A stretch of DNA of 64,000 nt from a virus. Numbering within the stretch: the first letter of the stretch is position 1; each line of letters opens with the position of its first letter. The notes under the pieces were generated by a model, which saw nothing but the letters and a program-made list of their open reading frames with translations, did not search any database and was not told the DNA's origin. The stretch is from positions 32,001-96,000 of IMG/VR virus record IMGVR_UViG_3300023094_000009; one strand, given 5' to 3'. The translations under genes were made by a program, and so were the position numbers. This document shows, piece after piece, positions 21,959 through 33,072 of this stretch.

Positions 21959-23907
21959 ATAATGTGTATGTGGCTGATATTGAGACTACTGGCTTTATAG
22001 AGGAAATTAATTCCTTTGATGATCTGCATGTACTTTCTGTGGGCTATAAGAATAAAGCAGGTGAATGGCAAATTAAATCTACCAATAAACGAGAAGAAGT
22101 TCAGAAGTTTTTTGGAAATCCCGAGAATGTTGTGGTGATGCACAATGGCGCGGTCTATGACGCGAGAGTCCTTAAAAAGATGGGTATTATTATTAATGCA
22201 ACTATTATAGACAGTCTTTTTATCTCTTGGGCTTTATTTCCCGGTTTATTGAAGTATGGTTTAGAATTTTTCGGACAAACTTACGGGGTTCAAAAGGTCT
22301 CAATTTCTGATTGGACTTCTCTTACTTATGCACAGTATGTTGAAAGATGTGAGGAGGACGTAAAAATTAATATATTTTTGTGGGAAGATTTACTCAAGAA
22401 ATACAGGACTTTATATGAAGATGAACCTGAAAAAATAATTTCTAACATCAAATTCCTAACAGAAATTTCTATAATTGCTGCCAATCAAGAAGATTATGGT
22501 ATTAAATTAGACATAGCTAAATGTAGAATCCATTTAAAGATACTAGAAGATCTCGCAGAAGGTAAAATAAAAGAGTTGAAAGAGATTATGCCAAAGATAC
22601 CTATTAAGGTTCTTAAACGTAAGCCTACGACCTTATATAAGAAAAACGGGGATTTATCCTTAGCAGGGGAGAATTGGGTGATGATGTTGAAGCAACTTGA
22701 TCTTCCTATGGACTATGATGATGAAATAGAGGTAATTAGGGGATTTAGCGAGCCCAACCCTGTCTCAATTTCACAGGTCAAAAATTATCTACACACGCTC
22801 GGATGGTGTCCTGAAATATACGTAGAGTCTATCAACACTAAAGGTGAAATTAATAAAGTAGAACAAATCAAGGATAAAGAGAAAAATCTTTGTAAAAGTG
22901 TCCTAAAACTGGTAGAAAAAGAGCCTAAACTTATAGCTTTAAATGATCTATCGGTAATACTACATAGAAAATCCTATTTAGAGAGTTTCCTGAAGAATGT
23001 TAGAGAGGATGGTTATATAACTGCCCGAGTTGGTGGCTTAACAAATACGATTCGCTTAAAACACAGAAACTTAGTAAATTTACCCTCTGTCTCTGCCCCT
23101 TATGGTGAGTATGTTAGAAGTGTACTATCTTGTGAAGATGATGAAGTTTTTGTAGGATCGGATCTGTCCTCTCTTGAGAATTACACAAGAACCCACTTTA
23201 TTGCACCATTTCAGCCAGAAGCTATTGATATCCTTTCTGATAAAGAGTACGATAGCCACACCCAATTGGCAATTTTTGCAGGTATGATGACAGAAAACGA
23301 GGAGAAGTTTTTTAAGTGGTTCAAAGCAGATGGTAAGGATTTAACTAAGCTACCAGAAGAATTCCAAACATTATCTTCTGAGGATATTAAAAGTAAGTAT
23401 GAGGCATTGGGAACAATAAGACAGAAAGCCAAAACTACCTCATATTCAGCACTTTATGGAATCGGCAAGGCTAAATTAGCTAGAGAGTTAAAAATTAGTG
23501 AGAAAGAAGCTCAACAACTTTTGGAGGGCTACTGGCGATTGAATCAAGCTGTGAAAACCTTTGTAGAGACTTGTGAAGTTAAAACTATTGAAGGTCAAAT
23601 GTGGGTTAGGAATCCTCTAAATAGATTCTGGTACTCATTACGCAAAGAGTCAGATATCTTTTCTACGGTGAATCAAGGGTGCGGAAGTTACCTCCACATT
23701 TTGTGGTGTAGCAACCTAAGAAAACTAGGTATTAAAATCAGAGGTAATTTTCATGATGAGATTGTAACTACTTGTAAATCTGAACATTATGAAGAAACTA
23801 AAGCGTTATTGTTAAAAGCAATAGATTTAACAAACAAACAAAGCAGAATTAGAGTACCACTAAAGATAGATATTCAGAAAGGTGGGAATTATGGAGAGGT
23901 TCATTAA
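21949..23907 (+). CDS. polA: family A DNA polymerase with 3'-5' exonuclease
   Basis: ExoI ADIET, HNG..YD; motif A DLSSLE; motif B RQKAKTTSYSALYG; motif C HDE. Confidence 0.95.
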   Translation: MDLNNVYVADIETTGFIEEINSFDDLHVLSVGYKNKAGEWQIKSTNKREEVQKFFGNPENVVVMHNGAVYDARVLKKMGIIINATIIDSLFISWALFPGLLKYGLEFFGQTYGVQKVSISDWTSLTYAQYVERCEEDVKINIFLWEDLLKKYRTLYEDEPEKIISNIKFLTEISIIAANQEDYGIKLDIAKCRIHLKILEDLAEGKIKELKEIMPKIPIKVLKRKPTTLYKKNGDLSLAGENWVMMLKQLDLPMDYDDEIEVIRGFSEPNPVSISQVKNYLHTLGWCPEIYVESINTKGEINKVEQIKDKEKNLCKSVLKLVEKEPKLIALNDLSVILHRKSYLESFLKNVREDGYITARVGGLTNTIRLKHRNLVNLPSVSAPYGEYVRSVLSCEDDEVFVGSDLSSLENYTRTHFIAPFQPEAIDILSDKEYDSHTQLAIFAGMMTENEEKFFKWFKADGKDLTKLPEEFQTLSSEDIKSKYEALGTIRQKAKTTSYSALYGIGKAKLARELKISEKEAQQLLEGYWRLNQAVKTFVETCEVKTIEGQMWVRNPLNRFWYSLRKESDIFSTVNQGCGSYLHILWCSNLRKLGIKIRGNFHDEIVTTCKSEHYEETKALLLKAIDLTNKQSRIRVPLKIDIQKGGNYGEVH

Positions 23908-24010
23908 TATGTACAAAAAAATACATAAATTTTCGTAAGCAAAATTTTGGAGTTACCTTTATAGGGTTATTAGTCTCAAACTATAAGGATAACATCTAAA
24001 ATATTGAATT

Positions 24011-24068
24011 GTCCCTTGAAAGGAGAATGTTGCTTGAGACTCAACATTTAATTTTTAAGGGACTTTTT
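24011..24068 (+). terminator. long hairpin/terminator in the leader of an endonuclease gene
   Basis: GTCCCTTGAAA...TTTAAGGGAC plus T-run, with inner AATGTTG/CAACATT stem. Confidence 0.65.
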
Positions 24069-24081
24069 ATTTTATTTAATT

Positions 24082-25281
24082 GTGAATAAAAAAGTAACCA
24101 CAGAAGATTTTATAGCTAAGGCTAAACTTGTACATAAAGATAAATATGATTACTCAAAAGCTATTTACACTAGAGGTCGGGACTTTATAATAATAATTTG
24201 CCCTATTCATCATACCTTTCAACAACGTGCAAATTGCCACACAAGTGGTAAGGGGTGTAAAGAATGTGCAGTAATTAATAGAGCAAAGAAGAAAACTTAT
24301 TCGAAGGAGAAGTTTGTAGAAAAAGCTAATAAAGTATTTGGTAATAAATACAGTTATGAGAATACAGTTTATAAGGATTCTAAATCTCTAGTTACAATAA
24401 ATTGCCCAATTCATGGAGAATTCAACAAGAACGCCGCTCATCACTTAAACGGTCAAGGTTGTCTCACTTGCTCCAACTTAAATCATAAGGGAACTTTTAA
24501 AGCTAAGGATACAGAATACTTCAAATCTAAAGCCTATCAAATACATGGCGATAAGTATGATTACTCTCTATCTGAATACAAAGCTGCTATCCAACCTATA
24601 AAGATAATATGTAAGATTCATGGGGAATTTATGCAAACTCCTCATACCCATTTAAACGGTTCTGGTTGTAATGAATGTGGAATCTTAGCAACCACTCATA
24701 AAAGAAGGTCAACTTTGGATTATTTTATACTAAAAGCTAATGAAGTACATACTAATAAGTATGTCTATGACAATGTTATTTACAAGAATACAAACACCAA
24801 AATTGAAATCACATGTCCTTCACATGGAAATTTTAAACAAACAGGAGGATCACATTTATCTGGAAATGGTTGTCCAATTTGTGCCCGAGAGGCTACAACC
24901 AGATACAGCCAAGAAAATCCACTAGGTTGGTCATACTCAAAATGGCTTGAAACTTCAAAAACTTCTTCTGATTTTGATTCGTTCAAATTGTATATAATAA
25001 GGTGTTGGGATGAAAATGAAGAATTCTATAAGATAGGTAGAACTTTCAAAAAAATTAAAAAGAGGTTTGATGATAAGAGAACTATGCCTTACAATTATGA
25101 AATCTCTTATGAATTCTGTGCAGATGGTTCTTATATTTGTGATTTAGAAGTAAAACTAAAGAAAACTTACAAAAAGGTTAAGTATGTACCTTCTATACAA
25201 TTCTCAGGATCTACTGAATGTTTCACCACTGATCTACCGATTGCAGAAATTATTGCAAAGTACTTTGAAGTTCAAAGTTGA
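24082..25281 (+). CDS. putative homing endonuclease: four DUF723-like Zn repeats plus a C-terminal GIY-YIG-like domain
   Basis: 4x C.IHG.F.Q...HL.G.GC..C; LYIIRC...FYKIGRT. Confidence 0.8.
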   Translation: MNKKVTTEDFIAKAKLVHKDKYDYSKAIYTRGRDFIIIICPIHHTFQQRANCHTSGKGCKECAVINRAKKKTYSKEKFVEKANKVFGNKYSYENTVYKDSKSLVTINCPIHGEFNKNAAHHLNGQGCLTCSNLNHKGTFKAKDTEYFKSKAYQIHGDKYDYSLSEYKAAIQPIKIICKIHGEFMQTPHTHLNGSGCNECGILATTHKRRSTLDYFILKANEVHTNKYVYDNVIYKNTNTKIEITCPSHGNFKQTGGSHLSGNGCPICAREATTRYSQENPLGWSYSKWLETSKTSSDFDSFKLYIIRCWDENEEFYKIGRTFKKIKKRFDDKRTMPYNYEISYEFCADGSYICDLEVKLKKTYKKVKYVPSIQFSGSTECFTTDLPIAEIIAKYFEVQS

Positions 25282-25319
25282 AAGGTTTGTTTCAGTTCTT
25301 TTTCCGGCGAATCCTACCT

Positions 25320-25366
25320 TTAACATCTCATTAACATTCCACATCCAAAATAAATGCCTACCTTTG
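25320..25366 (+). promoter_or_regulatory. promoter with TTAAC-N6-TTAAC box
   Basis: TTAACatctcaTTAACA, 22 nt, TACCTTTG. Confidence 0.7.
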
Positions 25367-25416
25367 TGGAGAAGATTGGTTTCAGTCTTTTTATTGCCGA
25401 AATTAAAATGTAAACT

Positions 25417-26112
25417 ATGAAAACAAAACTGATTAAGACTGAAGGTTATCTTTGGCTTGTAGATTTAGAGGCTGAGATTAAAGAGAATGATTATTTTTAT
25501 AGTCCTGCCCTCCAAGAAGTATTATTTGCTTCGAGAGATATGTTGTCATGGAATTTTGATAAATCTCAAGAACAAAAAGGTTGGTTAAAATGTTTAGCGT
25601 ATTTTCCCCTGCAAAGTGATTCTAAGGTTTTGGATTTACCCCTTTTGCCGAATCCTTGGAGAGAACGTATTGATCCTGATGATATTGTAGAAGAATTGGA
25701 TAATAAACTTGTCAGGTACTCCACTGAGGAATCGGACTTATGGAATGCTTGGCAGATAGGAGTAAAAGATGGGTATAAAACTGCACAATTGAAAGGTAGT
25801 TATAGTTTAGAAGATATGGAGAGAGCAATTGACATGTCCAGAAAAGCTAATAGTGACCAAGGTGTTATAGATTTAGATGCTATTTACCCCTACTCTGATG
25901 ATTTCACTAATATCAATACTGTTTATACGAGGTATGAAATTATTAAGTCCCTATCTTCTCCTATTCTTCCTAAAGACTTCATTCTATCCAACTCAGGTAA
26001 TTCTATTGTCGTAGGACATAATGGCTTGAATAATGAATTTGGAACTCTTATATACTCCGTCACTTTTAATGAGAATGGTAAGAGTGTTATTGAAGGGGAG
26101 TATGTCTATTAA
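25417..26112 (+). CDS. hypothetical protein
   Basis: 231 aa ORF downstream of the promoter. Confidence 0.7.
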   Translation: MKTKLIKTEGYLWLVDLEAEIKENDYFYSPALQEVLFASRDMLSWNFDKSQEQKGWLKCLAYFPLQSDSKVLDLPLLPNPWRERIDPDDIVEELDNKLVRYSTEESDLWNAWQIGVKDGYKTAQLKGSYSLEDMERAIDMSRKANSDQGVIDLDAIYPYSDDFTNINTVYTRYEIIKSLSSPILPKDFILSNSGNSIVVGHNGLNNEFGTLIYSVTFNENGKSVIEGEYVY

Positions 26113-27823
26113 GTTGTTTTTCAGTTTTATTCGCGCGAAAATTTAAATTAAATAAAAATTATGATTACAGTAGTAGCAAATGCAGAACAATTAAGAAAAG
26201 CATTAAAACAAATTGAAAGAGCCGAATCAAACGGATTTAACTATTGCTTAGCAGTATTCGACTTAGTGGAATGTGGCAGTAGTGTATCTGATTGCAAAAT
26301 TGAGTTTGATGGTATACTTGAAAAAGCACATCCAACAGATGGAAACCTTAATTGGGGTAGAGGACAAAGAGTAACAGAACGAAACAGATTTGTAGATGGT
26401 AAATTGATACCAATAGAAGAGTAAATTATGGCATATATAGAAGTAGATTTATCTCTAATTGACGATTACGACTTAGAGGGAGAAATTGTAAAAAGATTAA
26501 GTAGGGGAGATAATGGCAATATTCAAGAAGTCACCCTAACTGATGATCTGAATTTTATGTCAGAAATTGTAGCTACGGATATTGACCAGCTTAGTGAACA
26601 TCATAAAAGAAATCTACTTTATGCCTTAACTGGCGGTGAAATGGAAACCAATATGTATGACAATCTAAAAAGAGAGCATATAGAAAGTGTTTTTGATAAG
26701 TATTCTTTGGATGAATTGTATAGACTAATACCTTGAAATTTTATTTTCTTTTTCAGTTCTTTTTCCGGAATTGTGCTATATTTACGAAAAAATTTAAGTT
26801 ATGAAAAATAAAATCTACATTGTAGTCGCTTACAGGTGGGGAGAAAGAAGTAATCACTCTTACACTGTTGGAGCATTTGAAACAAAAGAGGAAGCCATTG
26901 TTTGTGCAGATGGTCATAGAGACTATCGAGGTGGTAAGTATAGCTGTGAAGTCGAGGAAATTATTATTGGCGGATACGATGAAGACATGGATAATTATGC
27001 AGAAAGTGTTTATCACGCTAATGGAATGTGCGAGATATGAACGACTCCCTCATTTCCCTTAGCTACGCTTTAGCATCCACTAAGATGATAACCTACCCCG
27101 ACAAAGTGGCAATACTCGATATTCCATTTCCAGAGTTATTAGAAGAACTTAAAAATTACAATCCTATGAACAGAAAGAACGAAATAAAGAGAGCTCTTTA
27201 CAGAGAAAAGCCTATGGCAAAATATTACCCAATCTGGAAATCGCTGGGAAAGGACTATGATTATGTAGATTATAGGAGTGAATTAGCCGATGGAACTCAA
27301 GTTCATTTCAGAGTTCCTAAAGAGGAACACAGTGATTTATTTACGGGTACTATGCCAGCCCTTCTTCTTATCAAGTGGATGGTTGATTTTTTCAAAATAA
27401 CGGTGAGATGATATGGAATGGATATTAATAATTTGCGTCATTGTCTCTGGTATTGGGGTAATGATGAACAGTGATTTTAATTATGATGAAGAGGATAGGA
27501 ATTAGTAGTTGAAATAACGAGGTATGAAAAAAGAACAGATGCTCAAAGAAGCTTATGGCGAATTTTGGGAAAAATTGGAGGAAGGTGTCAATGGATATGG
27601 ATGGTGTATTTTAAAGGATTCCCATCCCATTTTCAATACTGTACCTATGCAGAGAATGAATAAGTACTACGCTAGACCTGCCTCCCTGAAAGGTATTGAA
27701 CTTATAAAGTTTATTTACTAATCCTACGGAAGCTCATTTGCTTATTCGGTGGATGGTTGATTAATTTTTTTATTTTCAGTTTTTATTCCGGCGAAATTTA
27801 AAAATTACATTATCTTTGTACCT

Positions 27824-28219
27824 ATGACAAGAATAAACGCATCCATTCCACCTGCAAAGCTCAGTAATAAACATCTGTTGAGTGAAGCTCGTGAGATTAA
27901 AAGAATTCCGAATTGCATTAAATCAGGAAGATACGACATGAAAGGTCAGCCTAATAAGTTCACTTTAGGTACTGGTCACGTCAAGTTCTTCTATGACAAA
28001 CTCCTTTACTTATACAATAGGTATCAAGCTATTCACACCGAGTGTTTAAAGAGAGAGTTTAATGTAACTGATTATTCTGATGCTTGGGATGGTTTATCTT
28101 CTTTTCCGCACCTCTGGAATGATTGGGAAGAGACTCTAGAAGCTAAGATTTTGATTAGTGAACGCATTAATTTGAGGCTTGGATTGTCAGGTGATGTAAA
28201 CGATTGGAGAGAATGTTAA
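27824..28219 (+). CDS. denV: pyrimidine dimer DNA glycosylase / endonuclease V
   Basis: MTRIN start (catalytic Thr2), HLLSEAREIKR, FTLGTGHVKFFYDKL. Confidence 0.93.
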   Translation: MTRINASIPPAKLSNKHLLSEAREIKRIPNCIKSGRYDMKGQPNKFTLGTGHVKFFYDKLLYLYNRYQAIHTECLKREFNVTDYSDAWDGLSSFPHLWNDWEETLEAKILISERINLRLGLSGDVNDWREC

Positions 28220-28675
28220 GAGAAAAGATTATTCATGCTTGGGGTTCAACAAGAATATCAAATCCAAAAACTTTGCAAAATTGGATTGATCGAGGTTGGT
28301 TTCAAAAACAGCTTGATGAAGGTTATAACTTCTATTCTGGCTGTGGTAGATTTCGTACAGAAGTTTGTTCTTGTAGCAAATGTAGAAAGAATCCTCGTCC
28401 AGATTTAGATGAAATTGTAAATAAAAGAATATGAGCGAAATACTAGATAATGAGGTTTTTAATCTTAAAACAAAAGAAGAGTTTAAAGAATTGGAGAAGA
28501 CAAGGTTTTCCAATAATTTTTCTAAGTCAACTCTAAATTTTATGTATGGTAATTTTAAGGAAGATACTTATTTTTACTTTTACGAGCCAGAAACCTACTA
28601 CATAATTAGTGGTGATAAAGCTGACAAATATGGATTTGAGAAGAGAACTTTTGAAGACTTTAAAAAGAAATATTT

Positions 28676-29404
28676 ATGAACAAGAAGAAAACAACAGAAG
28701 AGTTCATCAAAGATGCTTGTAAAGTACATGGCGACAAATACCTGTATGATAAAGTCATGTACGAAGGTTGGGATAAAAAAGTAACCATAGTGTGTAAGTC
28801 CCATTCAGAATTTGTGCAATCTCCAAATAGCCACCTGAATGGCGGTGGTTGTCCTGTTTGTGCTCAAATATCAAGATCCGAAGCGTATAAAAATACTATT
28901 GGAAGAAAAAAGGATAACTTTACGTATGACTTCACATCAGATACCTCTAAGGTTATACCCCTCACAGAGAAATTTTTTGCTATTGTTGACAATGAAGATT
29001 TTGATAGAGTATCAGAGCACAATTGGCATCTAAGTATTAACTACGCTTCTAATCCCAAATTAGGACTTCTTCATAGATACATACTAAATGTAAATGATCG
29101 TAAAGTCTATGTAGATCACAAGAATCACAATGGTTTTGACAACAGAAAATCAAACTTAAGGCTTTGCAGTCAGAAAGAAAACGCGTCAAATCAGTTAATA
29201 CAGAACAGAGAAAAATCAAGTATCTACAAGGGAGTGACTTGGGATAAAAGTAGGAATAAATGGGCAGGAAGGATAAAACATCATGGAAAAGGAATATTTC
29301 TAGGTCGTTTTTTAAATGAGATAGACGCAGCTTTAGCTTATGATGTGAAAGCTAAAGAGTTGTTTGGTGAATTTGCATGGTTAAATATAAAAGATTCAGA
29401 ATGA
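28676..29404 (+). CDS. HNH homing endonuclease with DUF723-like and AP2 domains
   Basis: Zn repeat; VDHKNHNGFDNRKSNLR; SSIYKGV.W...W...I...LGRF...AALAYD. Confidence 0.9.
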   Translation: MNKKKTTEEFIKDACKVHGDKYLYDKVMYEGWDKKVTIVCKSHSEFVQSPNSHLNGGGCPVCAQISRSEAYKNTIGRKKDNFTYDFTSDTSKVIPLTEKFFAIVDNEDFDRVSEHNWHLSINYASNPKLGLLHRYILNVNDRKVYVDHKNHNGFDNRKSNLRLCSQKENASNQLIQNREKSSIYKGVTWDKSRNKWAGRIKHHGKGIFLGRFLNEIDAALAYDVKAKELFGEFAWLNIKDSE

Positions 29405-29876
29405 AAGTACCAATATACTTAAAAACATTATTTTCACCCTTCAAGCCCTTAAAGCTCAAATTCTACTTCGGTAAGGTTGCTTTGGGATGTCCTTATTTTC
29501 TACCAAGACGCTTCGTGAAGTCTAAAGACAAACCCGGCTACAAAGTCCCCATTGCCAAGAAAGTAGGGTTTGATTTTGTTAAGCTTGGCTGGAAAACTAA
29601 GTGGAGTGGTAGGGATTATAGGTTCGAATGGTCTCCTAAGTGGTCATTTGTTTTCTTTGGATTTCAGTTTTGTATTTCTTTTATTGCGCCGGAACAGGAT
29701 CACTATTGGGAATGCTGGCTTTATTATGACAATAATACTGACAAAAGTAAATCTAAAAGGGAAAGAATTAAACAATGCAGAGAAGAGCATCCTTGTAGTT
29801 GGACAAGCTATTCAAAAGCTGGAGAGAAAGAAGAAATTGATTATTACGAATTTATCTTAAAGAATAAATATCTAAA

Positions 29877-29922
29877 ATAACAAGTCATTAACATTCCGAA
29901 CAGAATAATACTATTACCTTTA
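29877..29922 (+). promoter_or_regulatory. promoter with (A/T)TAAC-N6-TTAAC box
   Basis: ATAACaagtcaTTAACA, 21 nt, TACCTTTA. Confidence 0.6.
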
Positions 29923-31473
29923 CAGAAAAGTTAGAAAGCATGGAACACAAAGTAATGATTCACGGTTCACATCACTACACAATTAAAGTTAAAGGAAATA
30001 AGAAAACCTTATACTTTTCTTGCGAGGATTTTTGGGCAGAGGCGTCACAAGGCAAGAAGATAGCTTCAATAAAGAATACGGGGAATGGTATCAAGATAAA
30101 AAGATTCAATAAATTCTTGGGATATGGTGATGCTCTGGAATTGAACATCCTTCTTACTTGTGAATTAGGAACTAAATTTGAAATACTATGACAATCCAAG
30201 AATTTTGTGAAGAAAAAAGAGGAACTTACGATAAGTTCTACACCATGTATGAAGTGTGCAAGAGTTTAAGTTTTGTAGATTTGAATGTTGACCCCATCCA
30301 AGCTATCAGAGAGGTTTGTAAACTTTTTATGGAGCATCCTTTATATGGAGAAGGTGTTATTGATGTTTCAGTTTCTTATGGCGATCCCTTTGAAGGAGAT
30401 TGCAGGTTGGATGAGGAGTCATTGAATTTCTTTGTTTATGATTTAGAAGAGTTTGTTGATCCTCTTTCTGGCGAAATTGTGAAACCAAGCATGAATAAAC
30501 TGGATGTTAGATTCATCATCAAAAAGTTTGCGGAAGACTCAGAAGAAAATATTTTAGCACAGGAATTAGACAAATGTAGAAGTCTTTCTTACTTTTACAA
30601 TAACTATGTCAAACTTGATGTTCAAGCAGACGTTTCAGATGAAGATATTCAGAATCTAATCAAAAATACACTTAAATTAAGAGGAAGATTATGACTAAAT
30701 TAGAGTTCTACAGGAAAACATATAGAGCCTATTGGTTATCTCAATTTTTACCTTCAAAGTGGTTAAATCCTCACAGAGGATTTTGTCATTTTTGGCGAAG
30801 CAGGAGTATGGGAGAATCTTTTAAAGTGACAGACCTATACTTATTAGCTGTAGCTCATCCTGAATTTTCAAATATGGGGTATTGGTTTGAGCGTGGGAAA
30901 ATAAAACCAAGATTACAAGTTTTAAAAACAGCAATTAAAAATTTAGAAAAATGACAGAAGAAGAAAAATTAAATGAAAGACTAGAATGGTTAGAGGGTAA
31001 CTATGATATGTCTGAAGACGAGAGAAGATCTGTATTACGTGCAATGGTTGAATTTGCTAATTTTCATGTAGGAGAAGCTTTGCAGGAGGCTAGTGAAAAA
31101 GCCACCATGAAACTTGAATATCCTGATGAGGCATATCAGGAGTCAAATGAAACTGGATTGAAGTTTGCCTGTGCTGATGATATTAGTAGAGGAGGAGAGT
31201 ATGGATCTGTAGAAATAGAAGAAGATTCAATTTTAAACGCTTATCCACTATCTAAGATCAAATAATTATGAAAATTAAAGAAACTGAATACTACAACCTC
31301 ATAGAGGGAGAAGACGAAAATGGTGAATGGGCTATCCAGTTGAATAAAGCCAAAAGGGTTTGTCAATTAACATTGGAATCTGATGGTAATGATACTTATG
31401 TGAACCTTGACAAGAAAGAACTTCTCTTAGTTAGAGATTTGATTGATATACAACTTTTAAATATGTAATTTTT

Positions 31474-33072
31474 ATGAAAAATTTATTATTAATTTTCTTT
31501 GTTTTCAGTTTGTTTTGCGCGAATTGTCAGCCATATGTTCACACTACGGGATCTGTAACAACATGTTCCGGTTTATTTTATGATAACGGTAACACTGGTA
31601 ATTACCTAAATAACAGTAATGTAACTCAAACCTTTGTGCCACCTTCCTCTTGCTCTGCACTAAGTGTGACGTTTTCAGCATTTAATGTAGAGGCGGGTTA
31701 TGATTTTCTATATGTATATAATGGAAATTCCACAAGTGCTCCTTTGATAGGGACTTATACTGGAACTACCCTCCCTTCAACCATAGTTTCTTCCTCAACT
31801 GATGGTTCTTTAACTTTTAGGTTCACATCAGATAATACCCAACGTAGAGCTGGGTGGGTGGCTTCTTTCTCCTGTATCACAAAACTAACCTTAAATGCAG
31901 GAGTTGATAAAACAGTAAGTTGTCACGGTAATACTACTATGTCAGCAACTGCAACAACTTTAGGTTTCACTGGTTCCACAACTTACCAACAAAATCTAAT
32001 GCCTGTCGGAAGTTATGTAACAGATGCTTCAAATACAGAAGTTGGAGTTACTTTAAGTGGAGCACCTGTAGGAGCAACTATCACAAGTGTTACTTTTACT
32101 CCTCAATCATATGTTACTCCTTGTACTTTTCCTTGCGGATTTACTTTGTGTTACCAGTATAACTCTTGGGTGAGAATGGAATATTGGAACGGATCTTCGT
32201 GGATAGTCATAACTACATGCAATTCCCCTGTAACTATTAGTAATTTTAATGGTAATGCTGTAAACGGTCAAAACATTAAAATAAGGACTATTAATATTGA
32301 TGCTTTTTCAGACTATGTCTACACTGATTTATCTAATGTTACTGCAACCTATCAATACAACCCCACTATTACTTATTCTTGGTCACCCAATACTGTAAAC
32401 GGATACACCACTCTTTCTAGTGTTACAATACTTAACCCAACTGTCACTCCTGCTAATACAACACTCTACACTTTAACTGCAACATCAAATGGATGTTCTG
32501 CGTCTGATGCTGTCCTCATCACTATGCCTTGTGCATTACCTGTTGAACTTACTAATTTTTCAGCTCATTGTCAAAGTGGGATTTCTTTTATTAAGTGGGA
32601 AACAGCTTCTGAGAGTAATTCTGATTATTTTTTAGTGGAAAATTCAAGGGATGGGGAAAGTTGGACAGTGGTTAATTCTGTGGGGGGGGCTGGTAATTCA
32701 AATAGTCCTAATTCTTATGAAACTGTTGATTATTCTTTTCGCGGAGAAACAAGTTACTACAGACTTAGGCAAGTTGACTTTGATGGAAATTTTGAAGTGT
32801 TTGAGCCTGTAAGTGTTTCTTGTGAGGAAGAGGAAGACAGAATCTCAATTCATCCAAATCCTAACACTGGAAAATTCTTTTTGGAAATATACTCAGAGAA
32901 AGATAAGGGAATGCAAGATGTAAACTTAATAGACAATACTGGACGACTAGTTAAGACTAGGAAGATTGACATTAATAATGGAACGACAGTGGTTAATTTT
33001 ACCATTGATTTACCAAGCGGAGTTTACTTACTTTCTGTTTCAGGAATGAATCAAAAATTTATAATTGAATGA
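31474..33072 (+). CDS. secreted CUB-domain protein with T9SS type A C-terminal sorting domain
   Basis: signal peptide; CUB (CSGLFYD.G...YDFLYVYNG...LTFRFTSD...GWVA); LPVELTNF module; HPNP...GRLV...LPSGVYLL...KFIIE. Confidence 0.9.
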   Translation: MKNLLLIFFVFSLFCANCQPYVHTTGSVTTCSGLFYDNGNTGNYLNNSNVTQTFVPPSSCSALSVTFSAFNVEAGYDFLYVYNGNSTSAPLIGTYTGTTLPSTIVSSSTDGSLTFRFTSDNTQRRAGWVASFSCITKLTLNAGVDKTVSCHGNTTMSATATTLGFTGSTTYQQNLMPVGSYVTDASNTEVGVTLSGAPVGATITSVTFTPQSYVTPCTFPCGFTLCYQYNSWVRMEYWNGSSWIVITTCNSPVTISNFNGNAVNGQNIKIRTINIDAFSDYVYTDLSNVTATYQYNPTITYSWSPNTVNGYTTLSSVTILNPTVTPANTTLYTLTATSNGCSASDAVLITMPCALPVELTNFSAHCQSGISFIKWETASESNSDYFLVENSRDGESWTVVNSVGGAGNSNSPNSYETVDYSFRGETSYYRLRQVDFDGNFEVFEPVSVSCEEEEDRISIHPNPNTGKFFLEIYSEKDKGMQDVNLIDNTGRLVKTRKIDINNGTTVVNFTIDLPSGVYLLSVSGMNQKFIIE

